A stretch of DNA of 64,000 nt from Tubiluchus corallicola (GCA_030141605.1 JAQGDQ010000029.1:186001-250000); one strand, 5' to 3'. Numbered from the stretch's first letter, positions 25,370 through 38,717 are shown. Translations and numbers: made by a program. The notes: generated by a model not told the origin, from the letters alone.

Positions 25370-26435
25370 TATATTAGACCATCAGCTAGGAACTTTCACG
25401 TCGATCGAAATACCAAAGTTTAGTCATAAGCTTGAACAAAATATGTGACGTTCTCGTACTGACAGATATGGACGTGTGCCATTCGTGTATGTAGCCTCTA
25501 GGGTACCCCTAAATGACTCCTCAATATGTGATGTTTTGGTTGTTACTGTGGGTTAGTACACAAAATTCTTTTTGCGGGGTTTGGTCTATAGTCCAGTCAA
25601 ATTAGCTCACAAAAGTGCATGACCCAGGCAAAAATAGTGTATAGCTGAATTTTTGCAAAGACACTCAAAAAGTGGTCCAGAACAACATATTAAAAATTCC
25701 CATAAATCCACTTTGGGGGGAAAAGTTATGGGGCTGTAAATTCAAAATGGTTGCCAAAGTTGTTTAAAATCAAAATAATTCAACTAGGTGGCATTTAAGA
25801 TGGCATAAATGTATTACAAGCTGATATTAAAGTGCATGTGGCCTATCAGAAAAGTAGTGTTTCAATGCCATTCATGGCTAAGGGCATTCAAAATGGCCGC
25901 CAACGTAGCACTCAAGTCTAATTTTCCATATCTCTACTTATTTTTGTATCTCCTAATTAAAAGGCAATCCTTCTAGTCGGTACTTGGCAGGTGGTCGCTA
26001 CCACCTAATTGTCTGTCATCCTTATATTTAGAGTCCAAGATCGATAGGCCAAGATACTTAATTTCAGCTGGTAACTCATAAGATCGATGCAGGTCCCAAT
26101 CTGGTCTGACAATTCATGTTTCTGGCAGTGTTTGGTGTTCAGGGTACCTCAAAAAAGTTAACTGTGGCTCAAAATGTCTGTCATTTATCAATTATCAAAT
26201 ATGAGCTCCAGAGAACATGAGATATAATGTAACACAAAAACTGACCGGTATATCTTATCTTCGACCTAGGCCATGTTAGGGGTTCATTTAGGGATACCCT
26301 AGGGAGCCTGCATATGCCAGTGGCACCCGGGCAAACGTCCATACCTTTACGCTTGCCATAGATATTCAAGTTTTTTATATGACTAATGTTGGTATATGAC
26401 GATCCAGAAGGGTCCTGGTTGAGGATCTATATGGT
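25370..26435. mobile_element. Foldback/MITE with ~160-bp degenerate inverted arms
   Basis: ctagggtacccctaaatga (25498) versus tcatttagggataccctag (~26284-26302); similarity extends outwards (tatggacgt, ttagtcata); internal caaaatggccgcc motifs. Confidence 0.7.
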
Positions 26436-29268
26436 ATGCAGATCGAAACGTTTTAAAAAACATGTTCTGTCAATGTTATGCCATAGTCTGGAAAGCCAAA
26501 CGTAAGTGAAAAAAGCCATTTAAGGGCTGCATCCTTAAAAAATTCATTGTTTGAAGTACAAAAGAAAGTCATAAAACTGGAAAATTAAAGCCGAAACTTC
26601 CATAATCATGTGTAAAAGATGCTATGAATAAAACTGTACATGAAAACAAACTGAAACGTGCCAATGTTATTACGAGTTTATATTGCACACATGCCTTTTT
26701 ATTGTAAACAACCTGTATATAGTATACGTTAGTCTGTTTTTACCAACTATTATTTCATTATGATCAACTAGGTGAAAATAACATAAAAATCATTTAAAAA
26801 AATGATCTGATGGAACTAGACAAAATTATTAAACTCGAAACCAACTTTCATAAAAAAAAACAACTGTGAAAAGACTAGAACTAAGATGGGATTTAAACCA
26901 AAAAGGCCCAGCAACTAAAGGACAATACCACATGTCTAAACAGCAATCTTTTCACATTTCTATCCTTTTCACTAAATTTGATTAAAAATAAGCACTAAAG
27001 GGTTTATTTCATCACAAACTAATAATATGAAAATAAACACATTTGAAATTATAATTCTGGTATATGAAAATATTTTTCTCATTCAACATAATGGAATTAA
27101 TGGCACAGACACGATGAGCAATAGTTATGTAATAAAAATATGAAAGCAAAAATTGGTCATTAAATATACATAGCATTCACAATCACTAAACTAAACTAAA
27201 GCACCATTTACAAAATAACTACATACACTATTAGCTTTACACTATCCCACACCCAGTGACCTCACCTAAAGCTAAAGTGTGGTGACATTTTCTGACTATG
27301 TCAAAAAGAACAAACAATGAAACTTCCAGTTGGCACACAAAGAACAATAACTAATACGTTAGACAAATTTGTACAAATAATTAAGAAAATTTTAATCGAC
27401 CTATACCTTTTCTAATTTAAAAACAAAACTATCCTTTGTCCAATTTTTTGGCAGTAATTAATAACCAGACAATCTCTAAGCTCTAAGTGAACATCACAAT
27501 GCTATGATCGCATTACCTGCCTGATTCAAATGTATAAGAATCGAATATCGCTTGAAAAATTTTAAAATGATTTAGATGAAAGTCAAATGTCATCCATGTG
27601 AACATATAATATGATTTGCAATAATCTTAAGACTTAAAAATCGACTCAATATATAAATTATAAAAACTGATTATAAAAACTGCAAAAATGCCAATCTAGA
27701 AAAAGGTAAAACAGAAAAGGATATGGATTTGTCTTTAAAACATAGTGTATACATAAAATTTTCAATGTAGTCATAAAAGCTTAAATCATAATAACATTTA
27801 TTTTTATCAAACATTATACAAGCCTATGAATAAATTTTGAGGCGGTATATTTACACACACGCTATTTGCCTAACCTACAGCTGTGGCTCATTGAAATTCT
27901 TTTGGCAACCGTGGGTCTAGTTAGTGCCATAAAAACAAGGCAGCATTAATCTGCTTGCCTTGGATTAATACTTGCTTGAATTGAATTGAAGTCTCTATGA
28001 TACATATAACCCACATTTGAAGTATCTATATCTATAGTACCTCATTACTGAATGTTTGAGTGTCATATTAATACATTCTTTTGCTTAGTAAAAGAAGTGT
28101 CATAAACAAAAATCAAAGTTTAAACAACCACTAATCACTGACACAACGAAAGCTTTTTATTTGCTGGATTTTGTTTATGATGTCCTTCTTTCCCATTAGT
28201 TTGGTAACTTCTTTTGTCACGAATATCCTTAGCAGTGTCAGCATATTAAAAATTTTCTTGTTCTTACATGACAATAAAAGTTTAAATCCTTTTGTACTGC
28301 AAAAAAAATTCTAAAAGTAACACACAGTAGGTCTTTAAAAAACACGGCATCTATCATTCTCAGTTAGCCACGAGTGTGCAACAAGCTTGAAAACAACATG
28401 TTGTCTCTAAGTCTTTGATTACAATAATTTAAGTTTTTCTTGAAAAGCCAGTTAAAACCTATTACTGAACTGCTAAGCAATAAAAAATCTAAATAATGTG
28501 AGGAAAAACACATTATGACACTATGCACACACAAAATTAAATAATTTATTTAACCTTAATTAACATGGAGGTAATAGCAGAACCATAGCTTTACAAAGTA
28601 GGTAAACAGGTAGGTGATCACACTCACACAGTGTGCTGAAAGATGCCAAGCTGGGTCTGTAAATGGATCAGTGACAGTCAGAAGTACTATTTCTGAGTTA
28701 TTTCAATATGCTCTACTGCCTTTGGATATTTAATTCGTTAGGAAAATATGTATATATGTCTTGACATGGCTAAGACACCTCTGCTGGTTCATTGTCTCAT
28801 CTTAAAGGAATATCTATAATGATGAACAGATTCTGAGCCCACCACAACCATCTACATTAGCTGTATATATATTCAGCATTTGGATAAGAGAAATGAAAGT
28901 AACAATTAACACAACTGTGGCATCTACAGTAATGATTTGAATATCATGTTAACCAAGGAATGTTGAAACTCTGCTAAAATTACATTAAGATCACACAACT
29001 GCTTAATTACCTCAACAAATAAAACAGTAAATAACAAACAATGTATATAATATACCATTCTATCATATATACATAGCATGCTCTCTGATTCTATGAAAAA
29101 ATATTAAAACTGTTGGTCCTTAACCAATGAGCAATAAAAATAATGATTAATAAAATATATGACAATTCATAAAATACCAATTTAACCGAATTCGCCCGTT
29201 TAACCTAATTACTATCAATGCTTACTAATTCACAAAGTGTTTCTGGTCCCTGTACGACATTGAGCAAA

Positions 29269-31349
29269 TCAATTCTTTGCTATTAATATTTTTCCTGTCA
29301 AATACCTCTTCTGTTCTATCTCAGCTAACAACAAGGTAGCAATCATTGGTCCAATCCAATATACAGCGATGTGAGTGACATTCGATGCACCATCACAGCC
29401 AAAGTGTACTGAACTTGCAAGTATGGGATTGTAGTACATTCCGGTAAGATGTATCCCTAAAATGAAAATAAAATTAATCAAACAATGCAACTAAAATGTC
29501 ATAGAGCTAATATATGCAGCTATGTTCTTCTGGATATAGTTTTAAAAGAATGACATAAAATATGCCAAGAAATGTAAAATCGTTTGATTATAAGATATCC
29601 TAATCGTTAAAACTATAGCTTTTCCTTTGTAAAATTATACATCTAATGAACTTGTTAGATATTACTAGTATGTACTTAATATGCAAGAAATTAAAACCAA
29701 ACTAAAACTGACATTGCCTTCACATCGTCTAGCAAGAAATTTATCAATAAGTATTCCTGCCGCACGCAACATAGAATATTATGAAAGTTTCTCAGTTTCC
29801 GTCTTGGTTGCGTTTGATTACATATATATGATAGCATATACAGTAAAGTAAGCATATCTTGAACACCTCGCCACCGGAAAATTTGTTCAAGTTATGCAAA
29901 AGTACAAATTAGACGATGTATGTATTAAACAAGATTGAGTTGCTCATCAATGTCGGACAGTACACTACAGCCTGTGAAAATGACAAACTGAGCTTTTTAT
30001 TAAATATCAAACAACAATTTTTATGAATAATCAAAAGTAAAATAACTGGTCCATCTCGGTTGTATTCTGAGTAGCATGGTTGATAGTATTCGGCAGTAAT
30101 AATATTGTGATTTACCTTAAATCATGTTCGTTAACCTATGTTGTGTGTAGCGTTCTGCTAAGGTACGAAAAGAAATCCTAACATTTTTGCTTAAGCTAGC
30201 AGTTAAAATCGTAATGTAGTGCAAGCTTTTGAGTAGGAGACTGTTCAAAATAGGAGAGGTAATTTCAGGTCACATTTTTAAGATTTGTACTGGGAATTTG
30301 GTTTGAGTTACGTGATAATTCGAGTTACCCTATGTTTGGTAAAGGGAAAAACAAAAGGGAAAATCTGTTTTACGAGATTTGCTCGAGATATACAAGAATT
30401 CAAATTATGCCTATTCGAGTTATACGAAGTTTACTGTATGTACCTGTGAAAGTATACCCAATTCATTCTTTTGAAAATAGCATTTTCAAAATAGATGCAA
30501 AGTTTTTAAAAAAATTAAAAAAAAATTATAGCAAAACATGCAGAAACAATGGCTAAACAAAATTCACTCTTTCTACAGGCTGCACTAACTATGCAGAGAC
30601 GGAATCTCTTAACAGATTATATTAAGGTATATTGCCTTACTGGCATAGTTTTACAAAGCAGTATGACAAAAATACAAGACCATAAATGATAAATAAGATC
30701 ACCACAACTGTACTTGTCAGTTAAATTTAAGGTTAATTTTTTTGTTACCCGATAAGGTGGTAAGTGACGTAGCAGCACCAATCGTAGGCCATGATAAAGC
30801 AGTCGGCAAATGCAGTGACGCAGCAAGGCAAATAACTCCATATATTAGCGTCGCCAAAAACTCGTAATAAACACCCCATAACAAAGGCACTTTTAAGTCC
30901 GTATAACATGACCAAACTGCAGCCCTAGCCACATGAATTGGGCAGAACAGATAGGATCGTATCATCTGAGCTATAGGGAATGCAATCCTTGCCACAACAA
31001 GATGAGCTGTAATTGAAGTAACTAGCTGCTTTGCTCCAATTTTTCGAGCAAGAAAATCTTTCAAGATTCCACATGGAGTTCCATTACCTCGTCCCATTTC
31101 AAGTAGAAACACCTGAACACTAAAGAAAATAGCCAAAGCCAAGCCATAATTACCATACTTGGCATAAATAAGTCCGTTTTCAAAAGTATGAAGGCACACC
31201 TGCAAAGCGGCAAAGAAATCATAAGCAACCTGCAAGTGCCAATCAGTTTTCAATGTATTCTGTGCAAAAATGCGGCCCAGTCTACAAATCAAGAAAATAA
31301 AGCTGTAGTAGGCACCAGCAGAAACGAGTGTATGGTGTAGCAGGTCCAT
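29269..31349 (-). CDS. AQP11: Unorthodox aquaporin (AQP11/12-type) copy B; join 30749-31349, 29269-29456; 262 aa
   Basis: Paralog of copy A (CRLGR.FAQ, DFFA.LQ, ENG, FCP.H, LKVP); loop B GTPCG; loop E TGMYYNPIL with Cys 9 residues after NPI; HIAVYWIGP; same phase-1 intron position. Confidence 0.9.
29841..30436. mobile_element. Tc1/mariner (Tigger/pogo-like) MITE in the intron of aquaporin B
   Basis: TA|cagtaaa ... tttactg|TA; repeated ttcgagtta subterminal motifs. Confidence 0.7.
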
Positions 31350-31623
31350 CTTTTAAGGTGAAGCAAATGTTCGGCATTGATTTCTGCATAGGCTACATGT
31401 GTTTCCTCGTCTTAAATGTCCTTACACTTTACTGGAATGTTATGTTCTGCAAAAAAATGCACAGTGTAAGTGATAAACCAAAATCTCAAAATCCCATTTA
31501 AATCTCAGCACGCATTACAGATATATACGAAAGAACTAATTGCAAAGTTAAAGTATATAAGACAGACAAAAATTCGTTTTAAAACTACTTAAGTTTTCAT
31601 CAATTTTCTCTAATTGTACAAAT

Positions 31624-32650
31624 AGGGCCCATTTCACATTGAGGACGTGCAGTAATTCCATGCGGCATTTCTCACAAAACGAATTACAATGTTTTCAATG
31701 GCACATTTCACAGTGTGAATGTGCAGTAAAATTTCTCGTGAGGAATTCTGCTGCCAGCTAGAAGCTAAGCATCTTCCTCGTGAGCCATTTTGCCATAGGG
31801 TGGAGATACTGCATGTTCCACTTTCGTGAGAAATCTCGCGGAATTCAGTCTTAAATTTAACTATTCAATTACTTTTTCTTATTTAACGAACAACAATTAA
31901 TACATTTCAACATAATATTATAAGATTTGATCTCTCTTTTAAAAGACAGACAATTTTACATTTTATTAATGCAACGTTGACGGCTAGATTGAAAAAGAAA
32001 AATAACACATGCATATACTTATTTCATATGTGCATATTTCCAGATATCACCATCACAAGACAGTGATTTGATAAAAACTAGATGTGATTGCTTTTTCTGC
32101 TAGTATTTTTACTGACATTACTAGTTCAGTAGTGCTTCTTTCCTCCCTAAAATGCAGCTTGACTTGATGGAATGTTACCTTATCCTTTTCAAACTCAGCA
32201 GTAAAATTCGCATTTAAATTTTCTACTGGTCTTTTCCTTCTTTTTAAGTTTTGAAATACCTGGGCTTTTTTCATTCTGTAAAGATTTTATTGACTTAAAA
32301 CCTCTTCGGGAACAAAAAGTGATTCCATTACCATTGGTTTAATCTTAGGAATCTTTTGCTGCATTATTGTTGTTGCAAGCCCTTTCATTAAATGTAGTTA
32401 TGATTTCTGATGCTTCTAGTCGATTAGCAGCAACCCCACCATCAGTTTCAAGTAACATCCTGTCTGTTTGGTTTACTTCTATTGATTTTCCAGGATGCTT
32501 TATACATTTAACTTCTTTAACCTGGCAGACCACATCTCTAAGTTCTTTTAGCTTCTGACTGCGTAGCTTTTGGAATTTCTGTCTAAGCTCCATCCACTGT
32601 GCTTCAACCTAATTTCTTTCTGTTCAGTTGATAATTTGTCAACTTGTTCA
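31624..32650 (-). mobile_element. PIF/Harbinger-like relic with a Myb/MADF-like fragment
   Basis: gggcccatttcaca terminus with repeated atttcaca motifs; broken ORFs 32053-32610 including VEAQWMELRQKFQKLR (W..LR..F helix). Confidence 0.45.
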
Positions 32651-32677
32651 TTGCCAAATCTAAATCTAATTTTTATA

Positions 32678-32874
32678 AATCTATGCTAGACAAATATAAA
32701 CGTAATGTTAAGAAGAAACGGGACACAATGAAGGAAATTATGGATATAGAAAAATCCGTTAAATATAAATAACAAACTTATTTCAAATGTCGATTCTGTA
32801 GCCGATAATTTTAACAATTATTTTACCAGAATAGGACCTGATCTGTCAAATCAAATTAATATTGATGCTTTTAC
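32678..32874 (+). mobile_element. CR1/L2-type LINE ORF2 fragment, upstream piece of the LINE that resumes at ~35330
   Basis: Translates ADNFNNYFTRIGPDLSNQI (pre-RT linker motif). Confidence 0.7.
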
Positions 32875-34178
32875 AGTAGGCGGGGTTATAGACTCCCTTT
32901 GGGACCGAAGAGTTTTCACCCAATTAAACGACTGAACCTATTAACCGAGGGTGTGAGTCATCGGCTTACTATGCATTGCAAGGTTTTTAAAGAATTTTAG
33001 AAACGAAGTAATGCCTAAATTCCTTTGTGCAGTTAAAAATTAGGAAAAAATGTTTTAAAATATTAATTTGTGTGTTTGCAAACCAAAACCGTCCATAAGT
33101 CGTCATAGTTAAAACTATGTTATGATGCTTCAAAGTAGTAAGCATCAAAAGTTTGATCAAATGTCGATTTTTTATTTTTTATGAAAACAAATGCTAAATA
33201 TATCAGACTTTTATATTCTAGCATCGAATTATCAGGAAAATGTTCAAAAAATACTAAAAATCTAATTTTATAACTTCTAACACACTTTTCTGTCCAGAAA
33301 CTAGTACTGCAATTGTAAAAAAATTGTACATTGTAGCTCGTGGAAGCCGGCATATCGCTTCGGGTTTTTTCTGTTGACAAGACCAGATCTTCGCCTGGAA
33401 GAGTCATCTACTGGATTTAAATGTAACTTCAATTTGCACTTGTAAAATCCATACCAACCACACTTTCGTGCCCTTGCTAAGTGTTTTGCAGAGACGCGAC
33501 AAAAAATGGCTGACTTTAACAGTGTTTTTCTCAAGATTACATTTTTCAGTGCATAGCCTGCACCTCAGTTTTAAAGTGGATTATCTCAGCTTAGAAATAA
33601 CATAAAGCAATGAGCATGGTATCAAAATGATACTCATGAAATGGAGATTCAGGATATGTGAATAACAAGAAGAGCCTTATTGCCGACTTATGGACGATTT
33701 TGCTAGCACACATTTATAATTATATAAGTGAATTAGCAATAAATTAAAAAGTATACTTCTAAATCATACAAGACTATATTTAATTGCAAAAATTACAAAA
33801 AATCATTCAAAGTCGGCAGCTTTCATGAAGAAGTTGGCTCACAAAGTTCCTCTAACGATAAAAACATTGAAAATCTGTTGTTGTATGATGCATAAATTCT
33901 CGTAACATACTTAATGCTTGGCGTGCTTAAACTGTTGGTGGTACCCGTGTTTCCCCGCAAGTAGCTTAGTCTGTAGTTTTGTCTAAGCTCCCGCTTGCTA
34001 TCCTGACATACTGTACCTGTACCTAGCATAACAGCAGCAACTAACCAGTTGTTTAAACTTTCTGGCAAAGACACTTTTGGGCACTTCAAAAGCAAACTGC
34101 AAAGTGAGTGCTTAAATGCTTAGTTTCCAGGAATTCTTGGGTAACGAGGTTAATTGCAGTGGATGGGCAGGTCAAAGC

Positions 34179-35098
34179 TGTTGGGAGCCGAGTGGACCAC
34201 TGCGCCAAGTAGACCACTTGATGCGCTAAAAGTAGTGTCCTACATGGGCAGCCCATGTAGGACACTTGCGATAAATGTAGGTGTTAAATGTAGGATTGTT
34301 TAGCTGTAGACTTAAATATTAAGTGAGAATATTCCAGTGTTTATGAACTTTTGTCAAGTTTTGCCTTTTGTCAAGTTTTGGTTTATTGTGTTACTAGTAA
34401 TAACTTTTTTGAGTCCCAACCAAAATGTTATTTTGTAATATTGTTGTAGCTTAGCCTGTTATTTACTTTGCTCGTATTTATTATTGTTTCCATAGTCATA
34501 TTTATTTTTATTTTGTATTGCATTCTGTGAAAGTGCATTGCTAATTCAGTCAAATATTTTGCTACTTGAATTGCATAAACATGTTTATAAAAATGCAGCT
34601 GATAAATTTTTCTAACATTAATTTCAAATCCTCAGTGTGGATGAAAAATATTGGTTTGTTATAGCGATGTTGCCCTATGAACAAACTGATATTTTCAAAA
34701 CAAAAGGAAAATTGATTTTGAACTGAAATAGCAATCACTGTGTGTATGTATGAGTGGGCATAAACTGATCGCTTCAAAGGCAAGGTAGCCATCAAAAAAA
34801 TTTTTGCTGAGCTAATTAAGTCCAACCTCTCGACCCCCTCGCGGTGCTTCTACCAGCTCAGAATAAAATTCTTTTATTTTATTAGATGTATAATAAATTA
34901 TTCAACGTGTACTAACGTTTTTAATTATTATTATTACATAAACAAGCACAACGGGCGGTGTCAGTACACTTAACGACTCAATTCGCGACCTGTCTCTAGT
35001 GTCCTACTTGGGCAGCCCAAGTAGACCGCGGTCTACTTGGGCTAGCCCAAGTAGACCAATTGGTCTACTTGGCGCAGTGGTCCACTCGGCTCCCAACA
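34179..35098. mobile_element. Non-autonomous DNA transposon with TG..CA ends, 38-bp perfect TIRs and a 5-bp TSD (Ginger2-like)
   Basis: tgttgggagccgagtggaccactgcgccaagtagacca at 34179 and its exact reverse complement ending at 35098; AAAGC at 34174-34178 and 35099-35103. Confidence 0.85.
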
Positions 35099-35329
35099 AA
35101 AGCAAACCATTAGGCTAGCATATTAGCGTATGATTAACGTTTCTGCTTATAAACAAAACAGTACTGGACGTATATTATAGGACAAAAGCGAACTAAGATG
35201 ATATAAAAGTCATAAAAGTTTATTAGCAGCACAAAAGTGTCTTATTGAAGCATGTAAAGCAAAAATATTGAGTCGATTATGCTCAGTTATTTGAATCAAT
35301 TACCGACAGTTTTAATGTACATTTGAATA

Positions 35330-37345
35330 GAAGTGGCCCATACAAGACGTTTTTCAGTCATCTATTACAATCAGTCCTTCTTTTTTCAACCTGTTACATC
35401 CTATGACATTTGTACCGATATCTTCAACATTTTCTCAAAAATAGTCTCTGATGTCATTCAGTCTATTTCAGTTCCTCTCAGTCATTTGATAAATCTACTA
35501 GTGTTGTGCCAGACAATCTTAAGAAAGCCATTGTTGTACCTTTATTTAAATCTGATGATCCAATATTAATGAAAAATTATAGACCAATTTCTTTACTCCC
35601 ATTTTTTCAAAAAATTTTTGAACCTTCGGTTTATAATCAAATGTATAGTTATAAATAGCAGTATATTTAATGAGAAACAGTTTTAGGAAAGGCAGCTCAG
35701 TTGACTTACAATTGATAACTGTGTGCGAAACAGTAATTAATACCACTGAACATAATTCAGTTGCAGCCAGCATATTTTGTGACCTCTCTAAAGTGTTCGA
35801 TACTGTTAATCATGACATATTACTTCGTAAATTGTCTTTTTATAGCTTTAGGGGGTTACATAAATCCTGGTTGAACTTAAATAATTGCACCCAATGTGTC
35901 AGATGCAACAACTTCACGTCAAATGAACTATTTATAAATTGTGGTGTTCCCCAAGGGTTGATCGTGGGACAGCTTTTATTTTTAATCTACATTAATGATA
36001 TACAAAGTCTTTTAGCTGCCCCAATGTTGTCCAATCTGCCGATGATACCACACTCTTCTTTGACTTCAATAACTTTAGAGTGAACAACATAAATAATAGT
36101 TTAACTGATATCTCGAACTGGTTTAAAGCCAATATATTGTTATTAAATCCTAGTAAAACCAAATATATACTATTCCGTTCTAGAAATAAAACAATTACCC
36201 TTGATTTTAATTTTTTCATTGACGGGCTTCCCATTGAAAGAGTTTATCCACTAAATTTTTAGGTGTAATTTTACATGCGCATCTCAACTCGAATTTCCAC
36301 ATAAAAATGAAATTGCTAAAAATATTGGAATCATATCTCATATGAAAAACTGTTTATCTTTTTCACATTTATTTATCCTCTACTATGTTTTAGTCTATCC
36401 GTGCTTATATTATGTCAGCTGTCTCTGGAGAATTACTTATACAACAATTCTAAATCCTTTATGTACACTCAAGAGAAAATTTCTTCGTTCATTTTTTGGA
36501 CTAAATAAATATTCTCATATAGACGACAAACATTTCAAACAATGTTAACTTCTTACTATTGATAATTTAGTTTTTTACAACTCAGCAATCTTCATGTATA
36601 AAACCAACAATAAATTATTTCCCAATTTCTTCAATAAACCTGTCAAATTAAATGCAAAATAATCATATAACACGCTATAATCAATACATTGTCATATATA
36701 CTTGCACAAATGTTGCTAAGCAGTTCATCAAAGTTTATGGCCCTTTAATATCTAACTCTTTACCTGATTATATTAAATGTGAATATACCATCCTTAAATA
36801 TAAAAGAAGTCTAAAACATCTTATATTAATTAATAACTTAGATATATATAATCTCTAAGTGTCATATTAGTTAATAAAGTTTAAATGAGTTCTGGTGCAA
36901 ACAAACTCATTTCTGTGTAATGTACAGTAATCGTAATTAGTCATAAGTTGTACCAGAATGAAGAATCAAGGAGTATGCAAGAAGTACTAAGGTTACTGTC
37001 CTTGACATGACTCCTACTAATTTTTGCAGTGACTCAGCTGATTGATTTGTTTCTGTTCACATTCTCATGCGAATCTAATCTTCATTTTCACCATCATCTT
37101 ATTCACTCTTCATTGTCATTTCCTTACCCTTAGTACCAACCTTGTATTTTATTTTTTGCTTTTTTATCCTGCACCTTTTACATCTTCTGTTTCTATTTGA
37201 CTTTCTGCTCACTCCTGTACAATTTACTACTAATTTATCTTCTTTGCCTGAGCCGGCGTTATATCTATTTATGGCGTATTTAAATTTTGTTTATTAGTTG
37301 CAGTAACAGTTTCTACATAAATATTATACTGTACTGATTGGCATT
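35330..37345 (+). mobile_element. CR1/L2-type LINE reverse transcriptase and 3' end, frameshifted
   Basis: NYRPIS, FCDLSKVFDTVNHDILLRKL, GVPQG..GQLLFLIYIND, ADDT, NWF.AN.L.LN..KT, NSLP motifs; A-rich end at ~37330-37345. Confidence 0.88.
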
Positions 37346-38097
37346 TTGGAAATAAAATAAAAAGGTTTTGTTTGCTCTGTTTATAGTGTAACCAAAAACT
37401 TTATTTGATGCCTGTGATTTTAGACTTATTTATTCACCAATCATTAATGTGTGCACACATTGACAACGTTATCCCATTGCTCTTATACACTGGCTTGTGT
37501 AATTTCTTTAGAAATTATGTTCAATAGTGTTCAAATGATATTGATACATTCTATTGATATTTAATTTCAATAACTTACCCCTTTTCTCCCGATTTCATCA
37601 CCAAATCGCAGTCATTGCAGGAAATCTTCGTACAGCGTTAAGAGTGGCTCACGTAACTTTATTGAATTAGGCATTTTAGATTCAGATGCAGGTTTTTTTT
37701 GTAAGTCAGAACATCATTAATTTAGTACAATATTAAGCTGTTCAAAAATGTGGAAAAAGGATGGCGAAAGACCAAAAGAGGTCATCAAGTCAAATCAATT
37801 TTACTCAGTAGAGATATCAAAATTATAAGTGATGCATGTTAAGAATCAAAAAAATAAAATAAATCGAAGCAACTGAATTAACCAGTGAAGTAAATCATGA
37901 ATTACAAGCAATCAAGAAAAACAAAATGTAAATAAAGCAAAATATGATTACCAACTTACTGATGCAAACAACCATCAGCAATTAAGCAAAATAAACTATG
38001 CAAAGGTAATTATAATGACGAAGGAAAAATGCAATTATAATAATTATATTATTTATAATTAGGGTCAACTTAAGATTTTTTGCTACTCTTTAAACAT

Positions 38098-38200
38098 TTA
38101 TTCGAATATCTTCGAAACTAAATTCGGCTTGATAAGAGTTCGAAAATCGCGAATTCGACTCCATTCGAATTCGCTTTTTGGTAGAGAATGCACACTGCTA
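38098..38200 (-). mobile_element. Partial hAT-like MITE end with TTCGAA repeats
   Basis: Clustered ttcgaa palindromes ending in gaatgcacactgcta. Confidence 0.4.
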
Positions 38201-38666
38201 GTTCTAAGTACTAGTCAATATGATCAGTATGCTCTTAGATAATCTTAGCCTCCGCTCTGTCATTCCAGTAAGCGACAGTGTGTTCGATGAATTTCTGGGT
38301 CATTCAGACCGATTTGCTCCCACCCAGGCTACCCCTGAAGACCAGACTGTGCAAGAATGAGGAGGCTTCCACAAAAAACTGAGAGGACATGACAGATTCT
38401 CTTTAGGTCCTTTTGATATAATATCATTTGGTCTACATTAGCTGTACTCGTTATTCTCATACCACCTTAACAAAAATTATTGTTACACCTAACTATTGCA
38501 TTCGCAGTGTACTGTGGAGTGCATTGAAGTGCGCTGACAAACCACTGTGATAGAGTGCTTGGTGGACTATCTGCTATGCTTACCAGTCTTCAGGGTAGAT
38601 AACTTCATTGCTATTTAAAAGTATGTCTGACATGCCCTACGCTTTCAATAAACGGGTATTCAATGA

Positions 38667-38717
38667 CAATGATGATGATGATGATGATGATGATAATGAT
38701 GATGATGATTATGATGT
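38667..38717. repeat. (GAT)n microsatellite
   Basis: Seen directly. Confidence 0.9.

Noticed and set aside
34995-35098. Repeated palindromes resembling a CRISPR array
   Set aside because: No unique spacers, eukaryotic context, and they are the subterminal repeats of a TIR element
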